A stretch of DNA of 64,000 nucleotides from a bacterium. Its GTDB lineage: Bacteria; UBA10199; 2-02-FULL-44-16; JAAZCA01. Under the pieces are notes generated by a model. That model worked only from the letters and a program-made list of their open reading frames with translations, did not search any database and had not been told where the DNA came from. Shown here one piece after another: positions 1 to 8,044 of this stretch. The DNA lies in contig CAXXGI010000002.1 of the NCBI GenBank assembly GCA_963674695.2, positions 224,001 through 288,000 on the forward strand. The letters run 5' to 3'. The position numbers and the translations under genes were made by a program. Positions within the stretch are counted from its first letter, which is position 1, and every line of letters begins with the position of its first letter.

Positions 1-430
1 GCATGAAGTTCTGCATCGTGCCGAGCGAGGGCGCGGTATCCACAAACCAATTGTGGGCATTCGCCGCGATGAGCCCCTCGACGATGAGCTTCTGTTCGGC
101 GCCGTCGTCGGAGCCATCGTTGCCGTCATACCACTTGCCCATCGCAAAGCGATCGCCGCTGGTGAAGAGCGTCTCCTCGTGACAGATGTCATGCATGTCC
201 ACGCGCGTCGGATGCTGTGGATCGAGACTGGCCAGACAGTCCCATTCGTCGACGTCGGCAATGCTTTGATCGGCATCTTCAAATGTCTTCTTAATCCAGA
301 CCTCTTTGATCACATCGAATGCACCGGCGGTGAGACCGGGAACGCTGTAGTCAGCGCCCAGCATCGGTTCATCATTGACGATGAATGTGCCGTCACGAAC
401 CTCATTGGACATGCAGCTGATGCTGCCCAT
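1..430 (-). CDS. Orphan acidic protein, 5' part only (runs off window start); begins MGSISCMSNEVRDG
   Basis: Not in the ORF track. Manual translation of the reverse strand is open from ATG at 430 to the window edge; AGGAG RBS at 436-440; CGCA-N18-CGATA motif upstream at 519-545. Confidence 0.75.
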   Translation of the reverse strand, partial: MGSISCMSNEVRDGTFIVNDEPMLGADYSVPGLTAGAFDVIKEVWIKKTFEDADQSIADVDEWDCLASLDPQHPTRVDMHDICHEETLFTSGDRFAMGKWYDGNDGSDDGAEQKLIVEGLIAANAHNWFVDTAPSLGTMQNFM

Positions 431-518
431 CACTACTCCTTTGCCGGTCTCGCCCCTCTATGCGGGGGTTTTTGACCAGAGGTCGAAAAACGGAAAACAA
501 GAGTATTCCCGTAGGAGT

Positions 519-545
519 TATCGTCTTCCCCCCTGATTTGTTGCG
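519..545 (-). promoter_or_regulatory. Putative sigma-28-like promoter (CGCA-N18-CGATA)
   Basis: Reverse strand reads cgcaacaaatcaggggggaagacgataa; same spacing as five other sites in the window. Confidence 0.6.
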
Positions 546-860
546 TGCTTTTTTTCTTTTTATAACTAAGTGATATCATTGTGTTCTTTCTAAATTGCCG
601 GGGGATGTGGAGAAGACCCCTTCTCCCGTGAAACGGGAAAAGAGCTTGAATCGAGCGGTAGGGGGGGCGTATACTTCCCCCTATCGTGATTACTTTCCTC
701 ATTTCGCAGCTTCCTCGTCTCACCCCCCGCGATCGCAAGGGGCTCTGGTTCATCATCGACTTCTGAGTTTTCTCCTCATCCATTTTGATGCGGGCGTGCG
801 TCTTGTGCGCGCCTGAAAACCTGCACGTGCAATGCGCGCGTGTATGCAGAGGAGAAAACG

Positions 861-1304
861 ATGACCGATCACATACGAATGAATGTCATTTCCGCCAACG
901 AAACGATGCCGCCGGAAGAAGCGACGCTTCCCGGTGAAGAGGTCTTTCGCGATCACGGCGATGTGTATGGGCCGGATGGAGAGACCGACGGTGGCGTCGA
1001 TCGCGGCGGTTCGCGGCGCGGTTCCGAATATGACGATTCCTCTGACGGCGGATGCACCTGGGAGGATGGCGGTGAATTTTTGGGCGCGCTCCCGCGCACG
1101 GATCTGAGTGCGCGTCGGTTTGCCGCAACCTTTCCGGGATCGAGTCGATGCGGTCCGCAGGATTATCCCCTTCCCGAGCCGAATCCGAATGCCCCGGCAC
1201 CCTCGGGCAATCAGGACGGATACGGCGTTCCCAGCAATGATCCGACATCACCCTGGCGGCGCGGTTCGATGAATGATGCCAAGCCTCCGAAGACGCTCGT
1301 CTAA
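861..1304 (+). CDS. Hypothetical acidic Pro/Gly-rich, probably disordered protein
   Basis: ORF with GGAG RBS before ATG 861; low complexity; directly upstream of the protease gene. Confidence 0.5.
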   Translation: MTDHIRMNVISANETMPPEEATLPGEEVFRDHGDVYGPDGETDGGVDRGGSRRGSEYDDSSDGGCTWEDGGEFLGALPRTDLSARRFAATFPGSSRCGPQDYPLPEPNPNAPAPSGNQDGYGVPSNDPTSPWRRGSMNDAKPPKTLV

Positions 1305-1399
1305 CGCGCATACGGTCGATGGAGAGTCTTACTCACCGGACCGCAATGCGCTGCGCTGTTGGCAACGTGGGCGGTCCTCGCAGGAGAAAGGACCGAACC

Positions 1400-2881
1400 A
1401 TGACGATGACCACCGAAGGAAGCAATGGAGCACAAGGATTGGCCGCATGGGATGAGGGCTTTCCGCGCCTGCCCGATGACGGCGTGCCGCATCCGAACGA
1501 GGGGGAGTGGGCGCCAGCTCCTGAGACAAAACGGAAAGATTCGGAGCGAGGACGCGAAGCCGATCGGAATGCAGACTGGTACGAGACCAACGGTTCCGGC
1601 TGGGATGCCACGGGTGGGCGCGACGGCGACTTCGGCTTTCGCAAGCTCGTCGCGCGCGCGACGACCGGTTCCGCACAACGCTTCAGAAACCGGCGGAGTC
1701 AGAAGCCGGGATCATTGCCATCGATGAGCATTCCGTATCGTTTTCGCGGAAGTCGCTTCAACCTCGACGTGATCGATCGCGGCGGCATGCCGCGGCGCTT
1801 CTTCTTCGGCTCGGTCGACGAACTCGATCGGGATCGAAAGAAGGCGATCGCCATGGTCGCTCCGGCGGTGCCGCAGGTGTTGGTGAGGGGGACGAACGGT
1901 CAGGAGTGGTCCGGCAGCTCCACGATTCTCAATCCGGATGATGTGGCGCGGTATCTGCCGCACCTGAAACTCAAGCCGGGGCAGTACGTCGTGCACACCA
2001 ACCACCACGTCGCCAGCGGTGCCAAGCGCATCATCCTGGCGACCGCTGACGGCCAGCAGGAGTTGGAGGCGAAGGTCGTACGCGCGCCCAACGGTGCATC
2101 GCTGCTCGACGAACGCGATGATACCGCCCTCCTGATCGTCACGAGTCCCACGCCGCTTCCGACCGCGCGCATCGGCGAGGCCGATACCCTCGAGATGGGC
2201 GACACGGTCTTCACCGCTGGTTACCCGCTGGGTCTGCCGCGCATCGCGGTCACCACAGGGATCGTTTCACAGCCCGCGCAGCTCACCGGCGGTGGTCGAC
2301 CCGACATCCAGTCGGACGCAGCGATCAACCCGGGCAACTCGGGCGGGCCGCTCTTCACGCGCGACGGCATCGTCGTGGGGACGAATACCTATACCTTTCA
2401 GGGTGCCAACGACATGAGCTTTGTTATCCCGATCACGCATCAGCTCGCCACACTCGCTGAGATCTGGGAGAGGGGATATGTCGAGCGCGGATCGCTGGGC
2501 ATCGCCTTTGCTCCCTTCGGTCGCTTCGATCGAAAGGCGCCGGGATTGCCGACGAACGTCACGGGCGCAACGATCGATGCGGTCGATGCGAAATCGATGG
2601 CCGCGAAGGCGGGGCTCAAGCGCGGTGATCTGGTCAGTGCCATTCGGGTGCTCGACAACGGTATCGTCGTTCGTCGCATCGCGCTCAATTATGCCAGCCC
2701 GCATCACGGCACGCGGGTTGCGGCCGCCATCGCATCGCTCAAACCGGGGCAGCAGGTGGAGCTGATCTGCTATCGGCGCAAGATGGATTTGGGGTCGGTT
2801 TCCTATGAAGCCGATCAGGTACGCATGAATGTCGTGCAGGATCAGCCCCCGAAAGAGGATCGTGCGCGCGCGGTTGCATAA
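1400..2881 (+). CDS. HtrA/DegP-like S1C serine protease with PDZ domain and long polar N-terminal extension
   Basis: TNHHV (His), DTALL (Asp), DAAINPGNSGGPL (Ser) motifs; C-terminal PDZ-like AAKAGLKRGDLV; purine-rich RBS before ATG 1400. Confidence 0.9.
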   Translation: MTMTTEGSNGAQGLAAWDEGFPRLPDDGVPHPNEGEWAPAPETKRKDSERGREADRNADWYETNGSGWDATGGRDGDFGFRKLVARATTGSAQRFRNRRSQKPGSLPSMSIPYRFRGSRFNLDVIDRGGMPRRFFFGSVDELDRDRKKAIAMVAPAVPQVLVRGTNGQEWSGSSTILNPDDVARYLPHLKLKPGQYVVHTNHHVASGAKRIILATADGQQELEAKVVRAPNGASLLDERDDTALLIVTSPTPLPTARIGEADTLEMGDTVFTAGYPLGLPRIAVTTGIVSQPAQLTGGGRPDIQSDAAINPGNSGGPLFTRDGIVVGTNTYTFQGANDMSFVIPITHQLATLAEIWERGYVERGSLGIAFAPFGRFDRKAPGLPTNVTGATIDAVDAKSMAAKAGLKRGDLVSAIRVLDNGIVVRRIALNYASPHHGTRVAAAIASLKPGQQVELICYRRKMDLGSVSYEADQVRMNVVQDQPPKEDRARAVA

Positions 2882-2889
2882 GCGCGATA

Positions 2890-3279
2890 TCAGAGATCTC
2901 TCTTGCGAAAGGCCAGCGGGAGCAGTTCGTCGAGGCGCGCGACCTGTATTTTCCCGCGCGTGTTGGCCATGATGACTTCGAGCTTCACGCTGAATTCGGC
3001 CAGCGCCTGACGACAGATACCGCACGGCGGACAGGGCTCTTTGGTGGCCGCCACAATCGCGATGCGCCGAAAGGAGCGATGCCCCTCCGAGACGGCCTTG
3101 TAGAGCGCAGTGCGCTCCGCACAGCAGGTGGCGCCATAGCTCGCATTTTCAACGTTGCACCCGGTGAAGACCGTACCGTCGCGGGTTTCGAGTGCCGCCC
3201 CCACCTTGAACTTCGAATAGGGCGCATACGCGCCCTTTCTCGCCGCCGCCGCTTTTGTGATCAGACGTTTGGTATCCAT
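2890..3279 (-). CDS. cdd: Cytidine deaminase
   Basis: AYAPYSKFKVGAAL, GCNVENASY, CAER and PCGICRQ motifs. Confidence 0.95.
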   Translation of the reverse strand: MDTKRLITKAAAARKGAYAPYSKFKVGAALETRDGTVFTGCNVENASYGATCCAERTALYKAVSEGHRSFRRIAIVAATKEPCPPCGICRQALAEFSVKLEVIMANTRGKIQVARLDELLPLAFRKRDL

Positions 3280-3404
3280 AGCCCGAATCCTAGCACAATT
3301 GACAGCGAACGACATCCCCGATTGCCGCCATTATAATGATAGCCGTCACTCTGCCCTCCCTCATCTTCAAGAAGTCGGTTTTGTACAAACGATGGGAACA
3401 CTTT

Positions 3405-3647
3405 CCGCCTCGCCCGATGGGCAAGCCTCGCATGTGCGCCTCGCGGAACGAGCCGTTTTGGCCTGCGAAGAGCTGTCGGTTGAGATCGAAGATCTCAATT
3501 CCGAATGATGTCTGAGCCCGCCATAATCTAATGTGCCTTTCATCCTGCGGCGGGCGAGTTCACGAGGAAAGACGGATCGAGTCAGACGCCAAAACGTGCG
3601 AGTGGAGCGGAAGCGCACATGCGAGGCTTGCCCATCGGACGAGGCGG
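3405..3647. repeat. Family-B structured element, copy 1 (~175-nt core closed by 35-bp inverted repeat)
   Basis: Arms 3405-3439 and 3613-3647 pair at 34/35; core matches the reverse complement of 47514-47693. Confidence 0.85.
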
Positions 3648-3762
3648 CACTTGGCCTGCTCGTCGGTGGAATGGTATTGGCTCCCCCGGATGACCCGGAT
3701 TAATTGTTGTCTGGAATCGAGCGATGCGATAGGAGTTTTAGACCCACTTCAAGGAGGTTTGT

Positions 3763-5298
3763 ATGTCCGACGCCCCGCAGCCGCAAACCATCAAAGAGGC
3801 CATGGTCGAGATTGGCCAGACCTTCAAGGCAATCGTCTTCGCGCCCCGTGCCCTGTGGGGTCTCAATCTCGCCGATGTCGTTATCGTGGGGTTGACCTAC
3901 TTTGGAATGCTGACGGTCCTGGGCAAGTTCTGCTCCGAAAACGTCGGCCTCTCCGACCTCCACGCCGGATGGATCTACAGCTTCCTCACCGGGGGCTTCA
4001 CCTTTGCCATGCTGTTTTTGGGCGGTGTGTGCGATCGGATCGGCATCCGCAAAGCTCTTTTCATCTCCATGGTGTTCATCGCCGTCGGGTTCATCCTCCT
4101 GGGCCTGGCTGGGTCGATGGGGTTGGCCAGCGGGCTCTTCTCGCCGATGTTTTTCCTGATGCTCATCGCGGTCTTCATCATGGTCATCGGTAACGGCATG
4201 CTTCAGCCGACCATCTATGCGGGCGTTAAACAATTCACCAACGAGAAGACTGCGGCCGTCGGCTTCGCCATGATCTATGGCCTCATGAATCTCGGCGCGT
4301 TCCTGGCGGGCCTGCTCTCTCCCTTCGTGCGTCATCGCAGTGAAACGATTCTGCCGCCGAACGGCATCGCGGGCGTCTATTGGGTCTATGCCGCAATGTC
4401 GATTGTCACGCTCATCATCGTCACGATCCTGCTGACGAAGAAAACGGTCGAGAAGAGCACGCTCACGCAGATTGCCGAGACGAAGGAGGAGCGGGAGGCA
4501 AAGACTTCAATTCCGATTCTTCGGACGGTGGTCTTCGGGCTCGCGGCGCTGACCTGCCTCGTCCTTCGCTTTCATCTGGAGAGCAACTTCTGGTACCTTC
4601 CGATGGTGGTTTTTGTAGTGGCCGGCGTTTGGGATTTCCTGAGGAAGCGCCCCGATCATCCCTTCCGGGACAGCAAGTTCGTCTTCTTCATCTTTATGCT
4701 GATCCCCGTCCAGACGCTCTTCGCGCACCAGTGGCTCACGATCCCGTACTACATCGACCGCGCGTTTGCCGGGACGGCCATCGGCAACAACTTCGAGTTC
4801 TTCGCGAACATCAACCCGATCCTGATCTTCTTCCTCTGTCCGATCGTCGCGGTCCTGACCAGTCGCGCCAACATCTATAAGATGATGATCATCGGGACGT
4901 GCGTCATGGCACTGCCGACTTTTTTCCTCGCGGTGGCGCCCACACCCGCACTCCTGATGGCCTACATCGTATTGATGACGATTGGCGAGGCGATGTGGCA
5001 GCCACGCTTCTTACAGTTTGTGGCAGAGATCGCGCCAAAGGGAAAAACCGGTGTTTACATGGGCATCGGCCAGTTCCCGTGGTTTCTGACCAAGGTCATC
5101 ACCGGCCTCTACTCTGGCTGGTTTCTCGCACGGTATTGCCCGAAGCCGGAACTCGGCCTCCCTATGGATACCCAGACGATGTGGTTCATCTATGGCTGCA
5201 TCGCGCTCATCTCACCGCTGGCGCTGCTCCTGGCCAAGGGCTGGGTGGGAAAGTCGATGCACGCGCGCTCGGAAGCGGCAAAGGCGTCAGCGACATAA
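3763..5298 (+). CDS. MFS transporter, POT/PTR-like peptide transporter
   Basis: Multiple TM helices; GGVCDRIG motif A, IGNGMLQP, GFAMIYGLMNLGAF, NINPILI and IGEAMWQP typical of POT family; GGAGG RBS. Confidence 0.85.
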   Translation: MSDAPQPQTIKEAMVEIGQTFKAIVFAPRALWGLNLADVVIVGLTYFGMLTVLGKFCSENVGLSDLHAGWIYSFLTGGFTFAMLFLGGVCDRIGIRKALFISMVFIAVGFILLGLAGSMGLASGLFSPMFFLMLIAVFIMVIGNGMLQPTIYAGVKQFTNEKTAAVGFAMIYGLMNLGAFLAGLLSPFVRHRSETILPPNGIAGVYWVYAAMSIVTLIIVTILLTKKTVEKSTLTQIAETKEEREAKTSIPILRTVVFGLAALTCLVLRFHLESNFWYLPMVVFVVAGVWDFLRKRPDHPFRDSKFVFFIFMLIPVQTLFAHQWLTIPYYIDRAFAGTAIGNNFEFFANINPILIFFLCPIVAVLTSRANIYKMMIIGTCVMALPTFFLAVAPTPALLMAYIVLMTIGEAMWQPRFLQFVAEIAPKGKTGVYMGIGQFPWFLTKVITGLYSGWFLARYCPKPELGLPMDTQTMWFIYGCIALISPLALLLAKGWVGKSMHARSEAAKASAT

Positions 5299-5307
5299 AG
5301 GAGCATC

Positions 5308-6684
5308 ATGGTACGACACGTCGTTCCCTATCGCATCAAAGTGGTCGAACCCATCCGGTTGCTCACGCGTGAAGACCGCGAACGCAAGATTCGCGCGGCT
5401 GGGCTCAACGTCTTTCGGCTCCGCAGCGACGACGTCTACATCGACCTGCTCACCGATTCCGGCACGGGTGCGATGAGCGCGGCGCAGTGGTCGCAGCTGA
5501 TGTTGGGCGATGAGTCCTATGCGGGTTCCTCATCGTTCTATCGTTTGGAGGATTCCATCCAGCGCGTCACGGGCCTGCCCTTCGTCATTCCGGTTCACCA
5601 GGGGCGTGCGGCCGAGCAGGTGCTCGACTATGTCCTGATGCCCGAACCCGGCATGGTGGTCCCCGGCAACACGCATTTCGACACGACCAAGGCGCACATC
5701 GAATTTCGCGGCGGTCGCGCGGTGGATTGCACCATCCCCGAGGGGTTCGATGCCGAGGCGGCACATCCCTTCAAGGGGAACGTGGATATGGATCGCCTGC
5801 GGGACGCCTACAAGGAATACGGCAATGCCGCGATCGCCTATGTGCTCATCACGGTGACCTGCAATTCCGGCGGGGGCCAGCCTGTGTCGATGGAAAATAT
5901 CCGCGAGGTCTCCACATTCTGTCGCGAGCACGATCTCAAGGTCTTCTTCGATGCCGCGCGTTTTGCTGAGAATGCCTATTTCATTCAGCAGCGCGAAAAG
6001 GGATATGCGGATACAAGCGTGCGCGACATCGTTCTCGAGATGTTTACGCATGTCGATGGATGTACGATGTCTGCCAAGAAGGATGGACTCGTTCCGATCG
6101 GCGGGTTTCTGGCGTTGCGAAGCGAAGCGCTCTATGAGGAGATGAAACCGACCGACATCCTCTTCGAGGGGTTCTATACCTATGGCGGCATGTCGGGCAT
6201 GAACATGGATGCGATGGCGCAGGGGCTTTTGGAGGTCGTCGATGAATCCTATCTGGCCCATCGCATCGGACAGACCGTCTCCCTCGGAGATAATCTGCGC
6301 CGTCTCGATGTGCCGATCGTCACTCCCGTCGGTGGGCATGCCGTCTTTATCGATGGCCGCCGCTTCTTCCCGAAGGTGCCGGAGGATCAGTTCCCCGCAC
6401 AATTGGTTACGGTCGAGCTCTATCGGGAGGGTGGTGTGCGCGCGGTCGAGATCGGCTCCTGCCTCGCCGGCCGCGATCCGGACTCGGGCGAAAACATTCG
6501 GCCCTCGCTCGATCTCTGCCGGCTCACCATTCCCCGGCGCGTCTACACGCAAGAACACTTCGACTACATCGCCGATGTCGTCGCCACCGTCTACGCCCAG
6601 CAGCAAGGGCGCACCACAGGGCTCGCCTTCGATGTCGAATCCAAGGGGATCCGCCACTTCACCTCGACGTTTCGGGAGTTGTAG
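5308..6684 (+). CDS. tnaA: Tryptophanase / tyrosine phenol-lyase family PLP beta-eliminating lyase
   Basis: IDLLTDSGT, HQGRAAE, DAARFAENAYFI, MSAKKD (PLP Lys) and RLTIPRRVYT motifs. Confidence 0.9.
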   Translation: MVRHVVPYRIKVVEPIRLLTREDRERKIRAAGLNVFRLRSDDVYIDLLTDSGTGAMSAAQWSQLMLGDESYAGSSSFYRLEDSIQRVTGLPFVIPVHQGRAAEQVLDYVLMPEPGMVVPGNTHFDTTKAHIEFRGGRAVDCTIPEGFDAEAAHPFKGNVDMDRLRDAYKEYGNAAIAYVLITVTCNSGGGQPVSMENIREVSTFCREHDLKVFFDAARFAENAYFIQQREKGYADTSVRDIVLEMFTHVDGCTMSAKKDGLVPIGGFLALRSEALYEEMKPTDILFEGFYTYGGMSGMNMDAMAQGLLEVVDESYLAHRIGQTVSLGDNLRRLDVPIVTPVGGHAVFIDGRRFFPKVPEDQFPAQLVTVELYREGGVRAVEIGSCLAGRDPDSGENIRPSLDLCRLTIPRRVYTQEHFDYIADVVATVYAQQQGRTTGLAFDVESKGIRHFTSTFREL

Positions 6685-6693
6685 GTTTTATTG

Positions 6694-6774
6694 TTTTGTC
6701 ATTCCCGCGGGGGAGGCGGGAATCTCGATTGTCACAGCACATCGAGATCCCCGCGTTCGCGGGGATGACAAAAA
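6694..6774. repeat. REP-like inverted doublet (GTCATTCCCGC...GCGGGAATC type)
   Basis: Palindromic pair between convergent genes; same family at 7970, 22620, 26971, 45527, 52591, 55516, 62767. Confidence 0.85.
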
Positions 6775-6811
6775 CAGGTGGTCGTCACCAACCAGAAACC
6801 ACAGTCTGCTC

Positions 6812-7927
6812 TTATGTTGTCGCGATGAGTTTGCGCTTCCATCCACGGTAGTTCTTCCACAGCGGTTTGGCGTTTGCCTTGAGGATATCCTTCGGCATGG
6901 GGCTGCGCGCGAGCGCGGTGATCAGGACGAGGAGATGGTCGTAGTCAGATGCACTCACGAATTCAGCGGCAGGACCGCGCGGCCCCTGGTTGTGATAGTT
7001 GCCCAGCGGTAGGGCGATGCCGCCGGTCGGAAACCCCTCGGCGGTGAGCGCGCAGGCTTCACAGCGACCGCCAGCGAGCAGAGCACGCTGGAACCGAAAG
7101 CCGTGAGCCGTGACCCGTGACCCGTGACCCGAATGAATCAAATGCTCGGCCACGGTCGCCATCCAGGCATCGACTGCCGGCGTGTAGGTTCCGGCGCGAT
7201 CGCCCGCGCGGATGACGGGGCCGCCGCCGATATCGACACGGCCAGCCTTCGCGGAGGAGCATTCCAGGACGATGACAGGCTGCTGGCGGGAGATCGTCTT
7301 TGCTTCGATGGCCGCATACGTTCCGATAAATCCCACCTCTTCGGCACGCGTAAAGATGGCGGTGACGTTGGCGCGCACGCGTTTGCGTTTGAGCCGCGTG
7401 AGTAGATCGAGCAGGGCCGCGACGTTCACCAGATCGTCGGCCGCTCGTGCGTGGATGCGATCTTTTGCAAGGCGCAGTCCCGGCAGGTCGAAGTGGCCAA
7501 AGGCACCGACCGGAACGGGCTCGCGCATAGTGATGGAAAAACAGGGACGGCCCATGTGCGTACGCGTGAGCGCACGCCGGCCGACCTGACCCTTGACGGG
7601 GCCAGCCTCACCCTGGATGACGATGCGCGCGCCGCCGACGATCTTTGCATCGACGCGACCGTAGAGGACGACCGTTGCGCGCTTTCCTTTGACCGCGATC
7701 ACCTCGAACCCCGGATGGTCCATGTGCGCGATAAAGGTTACGCCCTGTCCCTTTCGGGTGCGCCCGCCCGAATATTGGACGACGAGATTTCCGGCCTCAT
7801 CCTCTTCCACCGGCAGATCGAGGCCGGCCGCATACCACCGCACGACGGTCGCTACGGCGAACTCATGAAAGGTGGTGGTCGGCTGGTTGCAGACAGCGCT
7901 CAGGATCGCCTTGCTTGCAGTATCCAT
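6812..7927 (-). CDS. M20/M42-family metallopeptidase
   Basis: AHMDHPG, RAADD, AEEVGFIG, GGRCEA and NYHN metal-ligand motifs. Confidence 0.8.
   Translation of the reverse strand: MDTASKAILSAVCNQPTTTFHEFAVATVVRWYAAGLDLPVEEDEAGNLVVQYSGGRTRKGQGVTFIAHMDHPGFEVIAVKGKRATVVLYGRVDAKIVGGARIVIQGEAGPVKGQVGRRALTRTHMGRPCFSITMREPVPVGAFGHFDLPGLRLAKDRIHARAADDLVNVAALLDLLTRLKRKRVRANVTAIFTRAEEVGFIGTYAAIEAKTISRQQPVIVLECSSAKAGRVDIGGGPVIRAGDRAGTYTPAVDAWMATVAEHLIHSGHGSRVTAHGFRFQRALLAGGRCEACALTAEGFPTGGIALPLGNYHNQGPRGPAAEFVSASDYDHLLVLITALARSPMPKDILKANAKPLWKNYRGWKRKLIATT
7101..7130. repeat. Heptamer tandem repeat (CCGTGAC)x4 inside the peptidase gene
   Basis: ccgtgag ccgtgac ccgtgac ccgtgac cc, encoding GHGSRVTAHG. 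Confidence 0.8.
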
Positions 7928-7969
7928 GGGCATTCCTCTGGTTATTCCGTCATCCCCGAAAAAAAGGTT

Positions 7970-8040
7970 TGTCATTCCCGCGAAAGCGGGAATCTCGGTT
8001 TTCATGGAACGTCGAGATTCCCGCCTTCGCGGGAATGACA
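7970..8040. repeat. REP-like inverted doublet
   Basis: tgtcattcccgcgaaagcgggaatctcg...cgagattcccgccttcgcgggaatgaca. Confidence 0.9.
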
Positions 8041-8044
8041 CCGT

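Noticed and set aside
3257-3618. Small ORFs within families A/B and REP elements (e.g. 3257-3508, 47565-47846, 47621-47914, 40216-40596)
   Set aside because: They are translations of non-coding palindromic repeats; start and stop positions are not conserved between copies.
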